Made by a program: the position numbers and the translations under genes
Notes under the pieces: model-generated
What the model was told of the DNA's origin: nothing
Seen by the model: only the letters and a program-made list of their open reading frames with translations
Databases searched by the model: none
Part shown: one piece after another, positions 37,922-49,705 of the stretch
Layout of the letters: each line of letters begins with the position of its first letter
Numbering within the stretch: position 1 is the first letter of the stretch
From: Narcine bancroftii
Taxonomy: Eukaryota
DNA length: 64,000 nucleotides
Assembly: GCF_036971445.1 (NCBI RefSeq)
Contig: NC_091473.1
Coordinates: forward strand, 206,026,001-206,090,000
Direction: 5' to 3'

Positions 37922-39685
37922 GGGGGCGGGGGGCATACAGTGGAAAATTTCCATATATGATGCAGCCCTCTCCCTGGACTGTCTGCACACTCGGAACTAG
38001 GTGCAACAATAATACCCCGTGGACAACTACCCGTAAAAATAAGATTAAGCCGCTGGAGGGCCTGCAGCTCGTCATGAATTAAAATTTAAATGCTTCACGC
38101 AGGATGGTAACATTTCAGTAGGGATTTTTAGTGGCAAATAAATAGACTTCGCGATTCGAGTAGGAGTAAAAGTGTGCTGGAGCACACTTTTAAATGACCA
38201 AATATCACTCTTGCAGATACTTGGTAGTCGTGTGGTTTGGAGGGAGGACTGAGACTGACGGTCCCTATAACATGGTGAGTTACCAGTCATGAATGATGAT
38301 TCTCCTGGAGACAATGGTGACCCAGAAATGCAATTAGATACCTGACCCCAACAAACTATGACAAGGAGAAAAGGAGGATAGTATGTTGCAGTCATAGGAC
38401 AACCATACATATCCCAACTCATTTTAAAGCATGGAACGAGATTGCAGGTGGATTTGAGTCAATGCTTTTATGGGTAACGCCTGGTAAAATACAGAATGGA
38501 TCAATTATATTTACTACAACTAGCAAAAGTTTATTCATTATACTAATGATGCTCTATCTGCTTTTGTAGAACAGTTGGATGCGACTAGTAAAATGACATG
38601 GCAGAATAGACAGGCCTTAGATTGATGTCAGGAGGAAAAAGGGGGATTATGCATGCTGTTTGGAGAACATTGCTGCATTTATGTACGTAATGAAACAAAT
38701 CCGGAGGGATAATATGTTAAGGAAATGAACAAATTAAAAAATTTAAGAAAAGAAGTGAAACCAAATTCAATATTTATACATCAGTTTGTTGATTGGTTAG
38801 AAGCTGGGCTATGTGGTTGGAGAGCATGGTTTACCAAGATTTTGTTGACTTCTGGAATTGTCATGCCATTGTGTGTAATTTTATAGTGTTGTTCTCTTCC
38901 GTTTTTAACGTTCCTTCGAATGTGAACTACAGCAATGTATTCACAAAGCTCCCAGAAGGGCTAAAGCAATTTTCCCAGTCTCAGACATGACGAGACAGTT
39001 TTTGGGTCANNNNNNNNNNNNNNNNNNNNNNNNNNNNNNNNNNNNNNNNNNNNNNNNNNNNNNNNNNNNNNNNNNNNNNNNNNNNNNNNNNNNNNNNNNN
39101 NNNNNNNNNNNNNNNNNNNNNNNNNNNNNNNNNNNNNNNNNNNNNNNNNNNNNNNNNNNNNNNNNNNNNNNNNNNNNNNNNNNNNNNNNNNNNNNNNNNN
39201 NNNNNNNNNNNNNNNNNNNNNNNNNNNNNNNNNNNNATAACTTGAAGACTGAACACGAAACTGCAAATAAACCAGTTTTATGGATAGCTATTGTCGTTTC
39301 ATCTGACCTTTTCTGTGTACATCTCTTTTTGTTCTCTCTTTATGTGAGACCATTTAGTTCTCTAAGTGGGGTATAGGGAATATATGGAAATATAAATGCA
39401 TGGATTCATTTCTTTTGCACGTTTTAATAATTACGTTTTGCTTACTATATATATACATTTACTTTTTATTACTTTTCACATTTACTTTGTATTGCTGCAA
39501 GTATCTATCTTGTATTACTCTATACTTTTAAACTTTTACTATATAACCTACTGCAAATAATCTAACTGCAACCATGTGTGTCCAAATAGCAGCCCTGATT
39601 TACCGATAAAATATAAGGGAGTCGAGAACAGTGGCTTTGCATGCGATAAGAACCTGACAAGACGGATGAGACGCCGATGGGGGGG

Positions 39686-39727
<42 letters not shown>
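39686..39727. repeat. (GA)n microsatellite; others at about 43568-43603, 45791-45844 and 62921-62993, and (TG)n at 29988-30042
   Basis: Direct. Confidence 0.95.
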
Positions 39728-39731
<4 letters not shown>

Positions 39732-41249
39732 TAATTATGGCATAAAATGGTGAAGCACGTGAAGTTCAGGCATGATTATTTAAGTTAATAAGTAATACTG
39801 AGCAATAATGTTCGCTGATTGAGAATGAATGTGTACCAAACATAAGGGATAGCATGGAATGAACAAGCAAGGTCAAAATTTAACATATAATAAAGGAATC
39901 ATGCTGTATTCAGTGAGTAATCAGTAACTTGTTCTCTGATTGCTTCAGCTTTTATTTGTAGATAGAGGTTTAAACTTCTTGAAGAAATCCCCGTGTTGCG
40001 TGACTCATTTTTGAAAACCACGACACTTATGATTTTATTTTCATGGAGAATTGATATAATGAATATTAATAATTTATTGAATTTAAAATCAATCTCCTTG
40101 GCTGGGATTACGAGTGACTGTGAACGAGATTTGAACATAACATTTTCAAATGAAGATTGGTAATGTACTCTCAGCTTGATTAATGTTTCCTTTCTTTGCA
40201 TCGAATTGCATTTATTGTCACGGATTCATACATATTTGCAGTGAGCAGAAAATACGAGAGAAAGGCAGAGATAGAGAGAAATAGAGTGAGAGAGAGACAG
40301 CTGGAGGGAAAAGGAGATATAGCGTTATTTGTGTGGGGGAAGGGGAAGCTGATGGAAACCAGAGAAGTCGATTTGTATGTCATCTGGATGAATGATTCCC
40401 AGAGCGATTATGACATTTTTGCCTCCAGTGTTCGGGTGGTCTCAGTCTTACAGTTGATCAGAACATGCCAGCCATTTACATAAGGGAATCGGACAGAAAT
40501 ATAAATGTTTATTTCCTGGGATATCCTGCTATGGCGGCACTCAAGGCTGAGGTACTGAATGATGCGATATCCCAGAATGACATCGAACCCAACACTCAGG
40601 TTTGGAGGAATGGAGAAAGGAAGGGAGGAAGGGAGAAAAAAGAGCGAAAGGTAAGAGAGATGGAGGTAGAGAAAGAGGGAGAAAATGTCAGAGTAAGTAT
40701 GGAAAGAAGGTATGTATTGAATTTGCGGTCGAAGGTAGTCTGAATGCATCAGGATCGACTTCTTTCAATCGGCAAACCAATCAATGCGGAGCACTGACTG
40801 AGCAATCAAAATTTTGGGGAAAATTCCCGCTCGTTTTATCGAAATAGAAACATGCCCCTCTCCGATCCAGAGTCCAAACATGACAGATTAAATCCACAGG
40901 CCATGTTTTTCCCCAGACCAAACAGAATGCCGTTCCTCTGGTCAATATGGATTCTCATGTACGTTTTAGTTTCCATGGCATATGGGCGACCACGGTATTT
41001 TTTCTCTTCCTGACTGCTGCTTAACATTAAGTATAATATTTATTATCATTTTCATTGAACAATATAAAGATGCGCAATCATTCCTACTTGCTGCAGCCCA
41101 GTGTACATTTTATAAATAAATAAAGGAACTTCCTTCTGGCCGTTGATGGAGTAGCAGCTTTTTGAAGTTGCTCTAGCTTATCTTATCATTTTCATATTTT
41201 TAAAGTCCTTATTTTTAAACCACGTTGCGCATTAAATTGATTGGATCAA

Positions 41250-42020
41250 CGGCAGTAACTGTCTTCAATATGGATATAAGGAGATAAGTGAAATCCTCCC
41301 GCATCTTGGGAATCTCTTATGGAATTGCTTCGACAACATACGAAAGAATTATCTGATGAGAAAGAAATTCATAAAGGAATTTAAGGAGATGAATGCTAAA
41401 TTGGATTATTTTCAAGAAATATAACATGATCATTATAGACGTATTCATGATAATGAAGAAATCTCGACTGTTTTGGATGGAAGACTGGATGATACTTCGA
41501 ATGTTATGTAAAAAGCGATAAATGCATCAATGGAGATGCTTCATTAATTCATATGTTTTTGAATTGTCAGTTTTGAGAAATATTGGAACCAAGTATTTCA
41601 ACATTTCTCAGCACGTTTTAAAGCTAATTGTATACCGAACACCTTATCGTCCTTATTTTGCATTGTTGAGAGAATGACATAAAGTCCACAGCATCTGATC
41701 TGCAAATACTAGCTTTTCATTTCCTTATGGCACGGCGGGCAGTGTTGCTTAGATGGACAGACATTGCTCTGTCTCTTCATGCTCAATGGATACGTGACCC
41801 AATGGCATATTGATATTTAGAGAAGATTAGATGCTCAATCTTTGAATTACTTTCATAAACTTTCATTTCATATGAATGTAGAATTGTTGACTAATGTGGC
41901 AATTTATTACTCCGATAAGAATTTGTTGTTCCTTTGCTTTTAGTCAAACAGCTTATTTCTTGGTAGTGGGTTTGGATCGTTTTATAAATAATCAAATATT
42001 AATACAATATAGCTTGCCTG
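41250..42020 (+). mobile_element. Old L1 ORF2 C-terminal and 3' UTR relic
   Basis: Degenerate zinc-knuckle region KC..GDASLIHMF.NC..EKYW near 41515-41590, and ARRAVLLRW near 41730. Confidence 0.55.
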
Positions 42021-42250
42021 GTTGATAATATGAATGGAGCAACCTATCATAGGGGTAACTGAGGTGGAATTGTTGCAAATTTAATGAAATACTTCGACGG
42101 ACAAATTCATTGATAGGATTGGCAAATTGGACCAGTGTTGGTAGGGCATTTTCGGTGAGGTTTGCAGGTTAGCTTGAATATCCTATTTGCATAATTTTTC
42201 TCCATGATATATGATTTAACAGAAGGCATTGCAACAATCTCATGCTGCAG

Positions 42251-42496
42251 GATTAACCCCGTTCAGGAATACAGATCGCCGTTATCCCCTTGTCAATTTA
42301 AGTGGCTCATGCCATACTGACACATTTGTGCAGTTTCTGTAACGAAGTGCAAAAAATGCAATTAATTAGCCTGTGAATTGAGGACAAGGAGAGAAGTGCA
42401 CCTCTTAAAGTGAGATATTGTTTCCGACTCTGCCAAGTATCTCCTTGGAATGAGATCCGCTGTGTTGCAGAGAAGCAGAAGTTCCAAACAAAAACC
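42251..42496 (+). pseudogene. Highly decayed TCR V pseudogene (third family) with RSS
   Basis: IEDKERSAPLKV/VSDSAKYLLGMR, then CGCTGTG (42458-42464), exactly 23 bp, and a perfect nonamer ACAAAAACC (42488-42496); CTGCAG acceptor-like site ends at 42250. Confidence 0.7.
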
Positions 42497-43561
42497 AACC
42501 AGTGCAGTTTCAGCGAACGCTCACAAGAGGGCGGAGGCCACATAGTAAAGGAAAATTATCCTAAACTAAAATATTCTTGAAGGTTTTAACAAATGCTCTG
42601 TCAACATTCCTGAATTTGAAGTAATATTACCACAATGCTCCCAGTGTTATCCATGCCCTTTCTTCTGTAAATCACACACTCCGACCTTATCAATATGTAC
42701 CTTTTAAACTAGTCATCTACAAGAATATATATTTTCCGCCTTGATATCGAGGTAAATGTTTGTAAATTTTGTACAGAGTTGTAGAAACTCTTGATATGAT
42801 TAGAATTTTTTATTTGATATTCCGCATCGAGGAATTTTAGCGATTCACCAGAAACCGCAAGTTTCAGCAATTATTTTGCTTTTTGCTGTTTTCAGTTCCC
42901 GATGTAGTGTGAGCACCGTGCCTAAGCTATTGGAATTTAAATTTTAATGAGACTCAAAAGATAGCTGTTATTCCAGACTTTGGTATTTCATTCTGAGAAA
43001 AGCAATTTTTGGAAATATGAACTCTATTTTCCTGCGCGGTTAAATAAAGTTCATTCTTGTTCCTTGCATGTGAAGTCTTTGCTCGTGTATGTGCCTCCAG
43101 TGATTGTACCATATCCCATCGCAGACCCCAAAGTGCATGGGCGTCTGTGCGATAATCTAAACATTAAATTGCCTTAAGTACTATCTGATTCTCTGAAAGG
43201 ATTGACGTGGTGCAGAACATTGAAAAGTTAGTTTGGAGCAAATTGGTATATTTATTTAAAAATGTATTGTCCAATGTGGATCTCTGAGAAAGGTCACACT
43301 GAGCCGACGTCTATTACATAAATTCATACACTTAAATACACAGAATGGTGTCTCAGCAACAGGACCCAGATGACTTGAGCAATTTTGGCGTTTAGCGTCA
43401 GAGTGCCCTCCTGTTTCTCCAACGTCTATCCAACAAGAGTATTCTCGGCAGTTCATGGGAAATGTTTTTCCATTAAGAGCGCTGGAGATTGAAGCAGTAA
43501 ATTTATTGCGAAGGAGATCTTAGAGACTGAGAAATAGTGAGAAACAGGGAGAGTCTGAAAG

Positions 43562-43608
<47 letters not shown>

Positions 43609-44936
43609 ATCTGAAACAGATGCATTTATGGACAAGGACAGAGGGAGAATACATGTTTTAGAATTACTCCTGGACAATTATTATAACAGCGATCGAGAGT
43701 TGCAAAATGAGGCTTCGTTCGAGAAATCGTGGGATAACGAAAGAAGTAGACAGATATCGAGGAAGAACAGTGGGTGAGAGCTTGCGTGGAAGAGACCGAG
43801 ACATATAAACAGACAGACAGACGGAGGCGGAAAAACATTAACACATAAATAAAGAAGACATAGTGAGTCGTAGAACATTGAAATATTCCCTGTGCCAACT
43901 TGCTCACACGGATAAATATTGTCCCACTTACTGTAATCCCACCTGTCTGTATTTCGCCGACATCTTTCTAATCATGCCGATTTATCCGTCGATACGTCTT
44001 CAATATTCCAATAACCACCTATTTCCTTTCCCTTTTCCACACATCCACCAGACTTTCTTACCCATTAAGTATATGTTAATTCTCTTTTCCTCTACTCTGA
44101 GCAAAATACTGCGTTCTCCTGACGAATTCTTCTCATTACTATGTGTAACTACTATCCACTATGTCGCTCTTAACCAGGCGATAACTTCCAAATACAACAC
44201 CTAACATTGCTGAATTACATTCCAAACACCATTGAGCGACCCAACCACTCTAGATCTTACTGCAAATTTTGGCAGATGTCTTCACAATGTAAAATACCAG
44301 ACACATCAGCATTACTCGGAAATTTCATAATCCTGCAACGTCCATTTTTATACAAATCATTGCTACAGATGACAAACAGCAATGGACACATCACGGGAGT
44401 CAATGTACGAATTACGTCACTCGAGAGCAATGAGGCAATCACATACTGCAGGAAAACACTTTGCAGAAAGAGAAAATTGCCTGTTTTCTGAATTTCCTCT
44501 GGCTAAACAAATAAAATATATTCGCGTCTACCATATTTGGTCGGGAGGTAGATACCGTTACAAGCTTTTTGTCTAACAGATATTTTCAATGCTTCACGTT
44601 GAGTTTTTCCTTAAATGATTCCCGCGGGAAACATCGTTTGATTCACTGCAGGACCATATGAGGATAATGCAATGTCCGAGAAGTGTCTGCGCTGACGCTA
44701 GAATGAAAATGAGCCGGAACAATGAAATACAGCTAACCGGCAGCATTCAGTGACGACATTGTCATTACATCCAGTGAGCGGAGGAATATTCGAAATATAT
44801 AATCTGAAGATGTTCAGGACTAGATCGGAAGAGCGATCACAACATTCTCCAGAATGGCTTTCTGCCGTTTGTCATAAGAACATTTGGCTGGATCCTTTAA
44901 TTATCTCCGTGAATCTTGTCCTTGAGGCCAGAGTGT

Positions 44937-45270
44937 TAACAACAGGAGAGGTGATGGACATTGCCCCTCAGCGTACGGACAGCAGAAACAATCAGGACAA
45001 GTTGCCCTAACCATCCACATCAGTGGAAGGCTATTACAAAATATGCACTGGTCTTGTCTGTAAGCCCAACCCAAAATACCAGGACTAAACTGGGTTGAAT
45101 GTAAAGAGTTTAAATGTATATATTATTGCACTAGTAGAAGGTATACTTATTCACTGTTACATTTCAGGGACATAGGCAGCTGCTGTCATAGCTTCTCTGC
45201 ACCCACTTTCACCAGTAAGCAATAACAAACCGTCGCCGAAGTCCCCTGCCACAAAACACGAAAATTGAGA
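44937..45270 (-). repeat. Inverted, diverged copy of 46159-46475
   Basis: Reverse-complement match includes the intron end, V exon start and Gypsy 3' end. Confidence 0.9.
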
Positions 45271-45788
45271 CCATGAAACTCACACTGCGGCGGAATATCA
45301 ACAGGACCTTTATAAAGATCAATATCTGGCCTCTCTAGCGAGCTCTCACAAAGTGAAGATTTAATCCGATAAACGGAAGTAATCATATGAAGATAGACTT
45401 ATATTTATGACCAAACGTTCTTTGTTTCAAGGAGATAAGTCTTAATCCCTTCAATTTTCGCCACAAGCGATACATTCACACCAATTCCACACCGAGCACA
45501 ACATGATCAACACATTTCCTCTGCTTTTCAATCAGGATGAGCATCGAATTGCATCACCCTGCATGTCCTGTTTGTTTTGCGATCAGGAGAAAAATCTCCT
45601 TGATTTTTCTAATCAAGTCGTATTGTTGATAAACTAATCACAATGTAACAAATATTTTGGGGTGCAACATTGTTTGTGCCTGCTGTAAATTGTTGAGAAA
45701 ATGTCTTGCACACATTGGAAGAGAATTACAAACATTTCACACACGCGCGTGTACTCAATCATAGAGAGCAAGTGGGGTTTGGGGTGTG

Positions 45789-45846
<58 letters not shown>

Positions 45847-46055
45847 TATGATCTGGGATTGAGCACGCGGAAACGTGAAACATATATCAGAAATTTACTC
45901 ATTTGTAAGTGGAAGCAAATCAGAAACAGATCCACTCATATTCTCGAGTCAAGCGAAGAACCTGCGCCTGATGAGTGTCGCATTAGAAATACCAAATCCA
46001 CAGCAGACACACAGTAAAACCTATTCGCTCTTCCCCATTTGTTTCGAAATCGCTC

Positions 46056-46201
46056 AATCCTCTCTGGTTGACACTGAAAATGTCATCTGTGTTTCCCGGT
46101 GAGAGCCTTTTTCAATGGATCTTCCGTGCACGATGCCTACAGTTCAGTTCCCAGCTGATCTCAATTATCATGTTTTGTGGCAGGGGACTTTGGCGACGGT
46201 T
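46056..46201 (+). pseudogene. 5' part of a split TCR V pseudogene (V3 family): leader, intron and first codons
   Basis: NPLWLTLKMSSVFP-G then GTGAG at 46099; 85-nt intron; GGCAG acceptor; GDFGDG; upstream promoter region aligns to that of V3. Confidence 0.82.
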
Positions 46202-49200
46202 TGTTATTGCGTACTGGTGATAGTGGGTCCACAGATCTGATGACAGCGGCTGCCTACGTCCTTGATATGTCACAGTGAATATGTATACCTTGTACTAGTG
46301 CAATAATATATACATTCAACCTATTTTATTCCTGGTATTTTAGGTTGGGCTTACAGACAAGACCAGCGCATATTTTGTAATAGCCTTCCGCTGATGTGGA
46401 TGGTTAGGGCAACGACCTGATTGTTTCTGCTGTCCGTAGGCTGAGGGGCAATGTCCATCACCTCTCCAGTTGTTAGGTGGTGGGGTGGGGGGTGGTGGAG
46501 GTGGGGAGGCTCTTGTCTATCCAGGGCTCATGTTCCAACTCCAAACATGACGATTTGTCTTGGTTGTTTGGAGATGGTGTGGCTCGCCTACTGGGAGGAT
46601 ACTTCGTCTGTTCTTCCTGTATATTCGCCTCCGAACGAACCAGGTATATCCTGGGTTTCTTCCAGTTTATTTCCGCTATACCCGGGTGGTTGTAACCTTG
46701 TGAACGATTTGCCCTTTTGTCAATGACACGAGCGGCCACCTAGTTTTATAGTAACGTTTATTTGTGCTCCCCTTCCGTTTATCAGCTGGACCTTGATGTC
46801 TTGCAGGTCCTTTGTTGGGATCCCAGAAGTCTCCTTGACACTGGTAGAGTCGTCCTGGTCTGCCTGGACATTAACCAGTGCGCTGGCGAACCCTGGGTGG
46901 TGTCGCCGGCATGTTACTTAGTAGGGTGAGGAAAATGTCTGCCTTCTCTCTGTGGAAATTCTCCATTAGCTGCTTGGCACTGCTCACAGCACTTCGAGCC
47001 AGCCAATCTGATTGTATGTACTCTAGGCTGCTGGTGATGATGTTGAAGACTCATTCCCTCGCAAAATTTCGGAATATCTATCATGTGAACTGTCCACCAT
47101 TGTCCGAGAGAAGTGTGTAAGCTGCAGCGTGTACCAAAAAAATTCCATTTTAATTTGACGATGACAACCACAGAGGTTGCGGTCTGGAGCAGGTCTATAT
47201 CAAACCAGCATGAGTATGAGTCTATTAATATTAGGTACTGTTGCCTCCGCCATTCAAAGATGTCGGTATCATCGGTCGCCCAGGGAAGTTGGGAAACCGG
47301 GTGTAGCTGCAATGGCTCTTTCTGCTGATATGGCTTGGTACCGTTGAACACTGAGCAGGACTATATCTCTTCATCTATATTCTCTGTCATACCTGGCCAG
47401 AAGTAAATGTCGCTTATTCTGCATTTCATTTCTTCGTCGCCAGGTTGCCCGCTGTGCAGGATCTCCACATTCTGCAGTGTTCTGGGGATGCCTACCCTAT
47501 GTCCCTTCAGGATTACCCCTTCATCAATAAGCGGTTAATTGATGTAAGGATTGAAAGGTTACACAGCTGGTGGCCGGCTGCGATGCTTGGCCGGCCAGCT
47601 GTCCTTAATGAAGATGCCCATTGTAGTAAGGGTTCCATTTTCTGCCGTGTGCTTTCTTAGTTCATCCAGCCGGGCTGATGGGCTTGGTCATCACATGGCA
47701 ACTGTCCTCTTCCACGACCAGATGGACCATTCATTTTCAAAGTGCCCGTGATAAAGGATCGGTTAATTGCATTTATTGCAGCATTTGTGTATTAGGGTAA
47801 TAGGGTATTTCTTGAGCCTGTGAATCTTATCCTGGTGTCTCTCCGGCGCTGTGTGATTTAGCTTGTTTATTGTGGTCACCAGAGGTAAGTGGTTGGTTTC
47901 TGTGGTGACTGGCCTGCCATCGACATAATAATTCATTTTCGAGCAGGCAAAAACTATCGCCAGTAGCTCTTTGTCAAGTGAGCATATTTCGTTTCCATGT
48001 GTGTAAGTGGCCGAGAAGAGTATTACTGGTTTTCCGTCCTGCATTCCACCTTCCCTAGGCAGTACTGTGAGGCAACGCAGGTCAGCATCACCAGTTCACG
48101 TACGCCATGTTAGGATAGGGCTGTTGGGAACCACATGTGTTTCTTTAAGGCATCGAAGGCATTTTGTTGTTGTTCGTGCCAGGTCCATTCAACGTCTGTA
48201 TAGGTCAACTGTTTAAGCGGGGCTGTCAGTTCACTGAAGTTGGACATGAACTTTCCCAAGTCGTCATCATGCCCAGGAACAGTTGCACTGCAGTCATGTT
48301 CGTTGGCACCGTAATGTCACTGAAAGCTCTTGTTTTGGGAGGGTCTACCTTCAGGTCATTGCTGGTGAACATGTTGCCCAGGTAGCTGTGTTGATTTCGA
48401 AATAACTTGCCCTTGTAGATGTTGAGCCGCAGGTTTCCATTCAGATCCTGGTCGAACACCTTTCTTCAGTTGGCGTCATGCTCTTCTTGTTGAATATGAT
48501 GGAACTGGGGTACCTTTGGAATACCTCGCAAGTCGACTTGATGCTAAATAGCATTCTGAAGAAACTTTACCGACCAAAAGCAGTGCTGAACGAGGTCAGT
48601 AGTGATCAGTGGAAGTCGAGCAGGATGTGTCTCACGAGGCCTTCACATCCAGGACCGAGAATATCATTTTGCTGGCCATCTGTGCAGCAAGTGCGTCCAC
48701 GGCGTGCATGGAGCGATGTTGTTTTTACAGAGGTCTCGCGGATTTATACATATTCTCATCCTCTGTCCACCTTTGTTTTGGCGGCTATCATGGAGGACAT
48801 CATTTGGTTTGTTCCTTGGTTTAAGTGATGAAGCCTAAGTCCTGCAATGTTTCCAGCTCAGCCTTGACTTTATCCTTCATTGCTACTGGAATGCGGTGGA
48901 CCAGACGGACTACAGTTCTTACCTTTGTGTCTAGCCGCATGGAGTACATCACTGGCAGCCAGCAGAATCATATTTGAAAGGTTCGCTGTACTCAGAAAAA
49001 AAGTTTCTGTGAGATATCGTCCTTGGACTGGCTTAACTGATGGGCATCTGTGCTAAAAGAAATAAGCCCCATGTCCATGCATGCACTGAGGCCTAGCAGA
49101 GGCATGACGTCCTCGCGGACCTTGAAGGAATTTAGCACGTGGATCCGTCCTTTAAAAATAACATTGCAGACACATCGTGCAGTTGGTCTGGATTCTGCTG

Positions 49201-49705
49201 ACCCCCATAAGAAACAGGCTGATAGACGATGCATGTTTTGACTTGTTTTGTCCATCTCAGCTTGTTAAACATCCTCAGTGACATGAAATTGCATTTTCCC
49301 CAGTTTCGACTTTCATCTCATCTGTCATGCGTTGACTTCCATGGATCCGAAGATCTCTACTGGGTTGTCTGCCATCTTCGTGGTAAACCCATCAACGTAG
49401 TACTCATCGTCGGTTTTGCTCCCTCTCTGCTCTGGTTCCAAGTGGTCGATGGTCCTCCTGTGACTAGTTCTTGCAGTGGTTTGCATCCTGGATCTGCAGC
49501 ACCACCTGATGTGGTTCCATTTGTCGCAGTTCCTGCAATCCTGCCCGAACTCCGGACAGATCTCCCTTCTTAGCATGTGATCTCATCTGCAGTTGCCATA
49601 TCTTGTCTTGCACGTAGCTTGGCCGGGCTCTCTTGGCTGTCTCTTCCTTCTGACCTCATGCCACTCTCTGCTCGCTGGTTGTGACTCTATCGCATCAATG
49701 CTTAT

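Larger units (their letters stand above)
30520..39000 (+). mobile_element. Degenerate endogenous retrovirus (gamma/epsilon-like) with pol tether, RNase H, IN and env; 5' part missing
   Basis: SPALAFP..QQIAYYSRKLDEVA*VYPPC near 30730-30900; VERINGTL near 32255; env TM WINYIYYN*QKF..WQNRQALD..GGLCMLFGEHCC (immunosuppressive domain plus CX6CC) at about 38491-38712; many stops. Confidence 0.82.

Noticed and set aside
46271-46277. CACAGTG heptamer shortly after the split V start
   Set aside because: It lies inside the Gypsy 3' end, has no nonamer at 12 or 23 bp, and is not conserved in the inverted copy.
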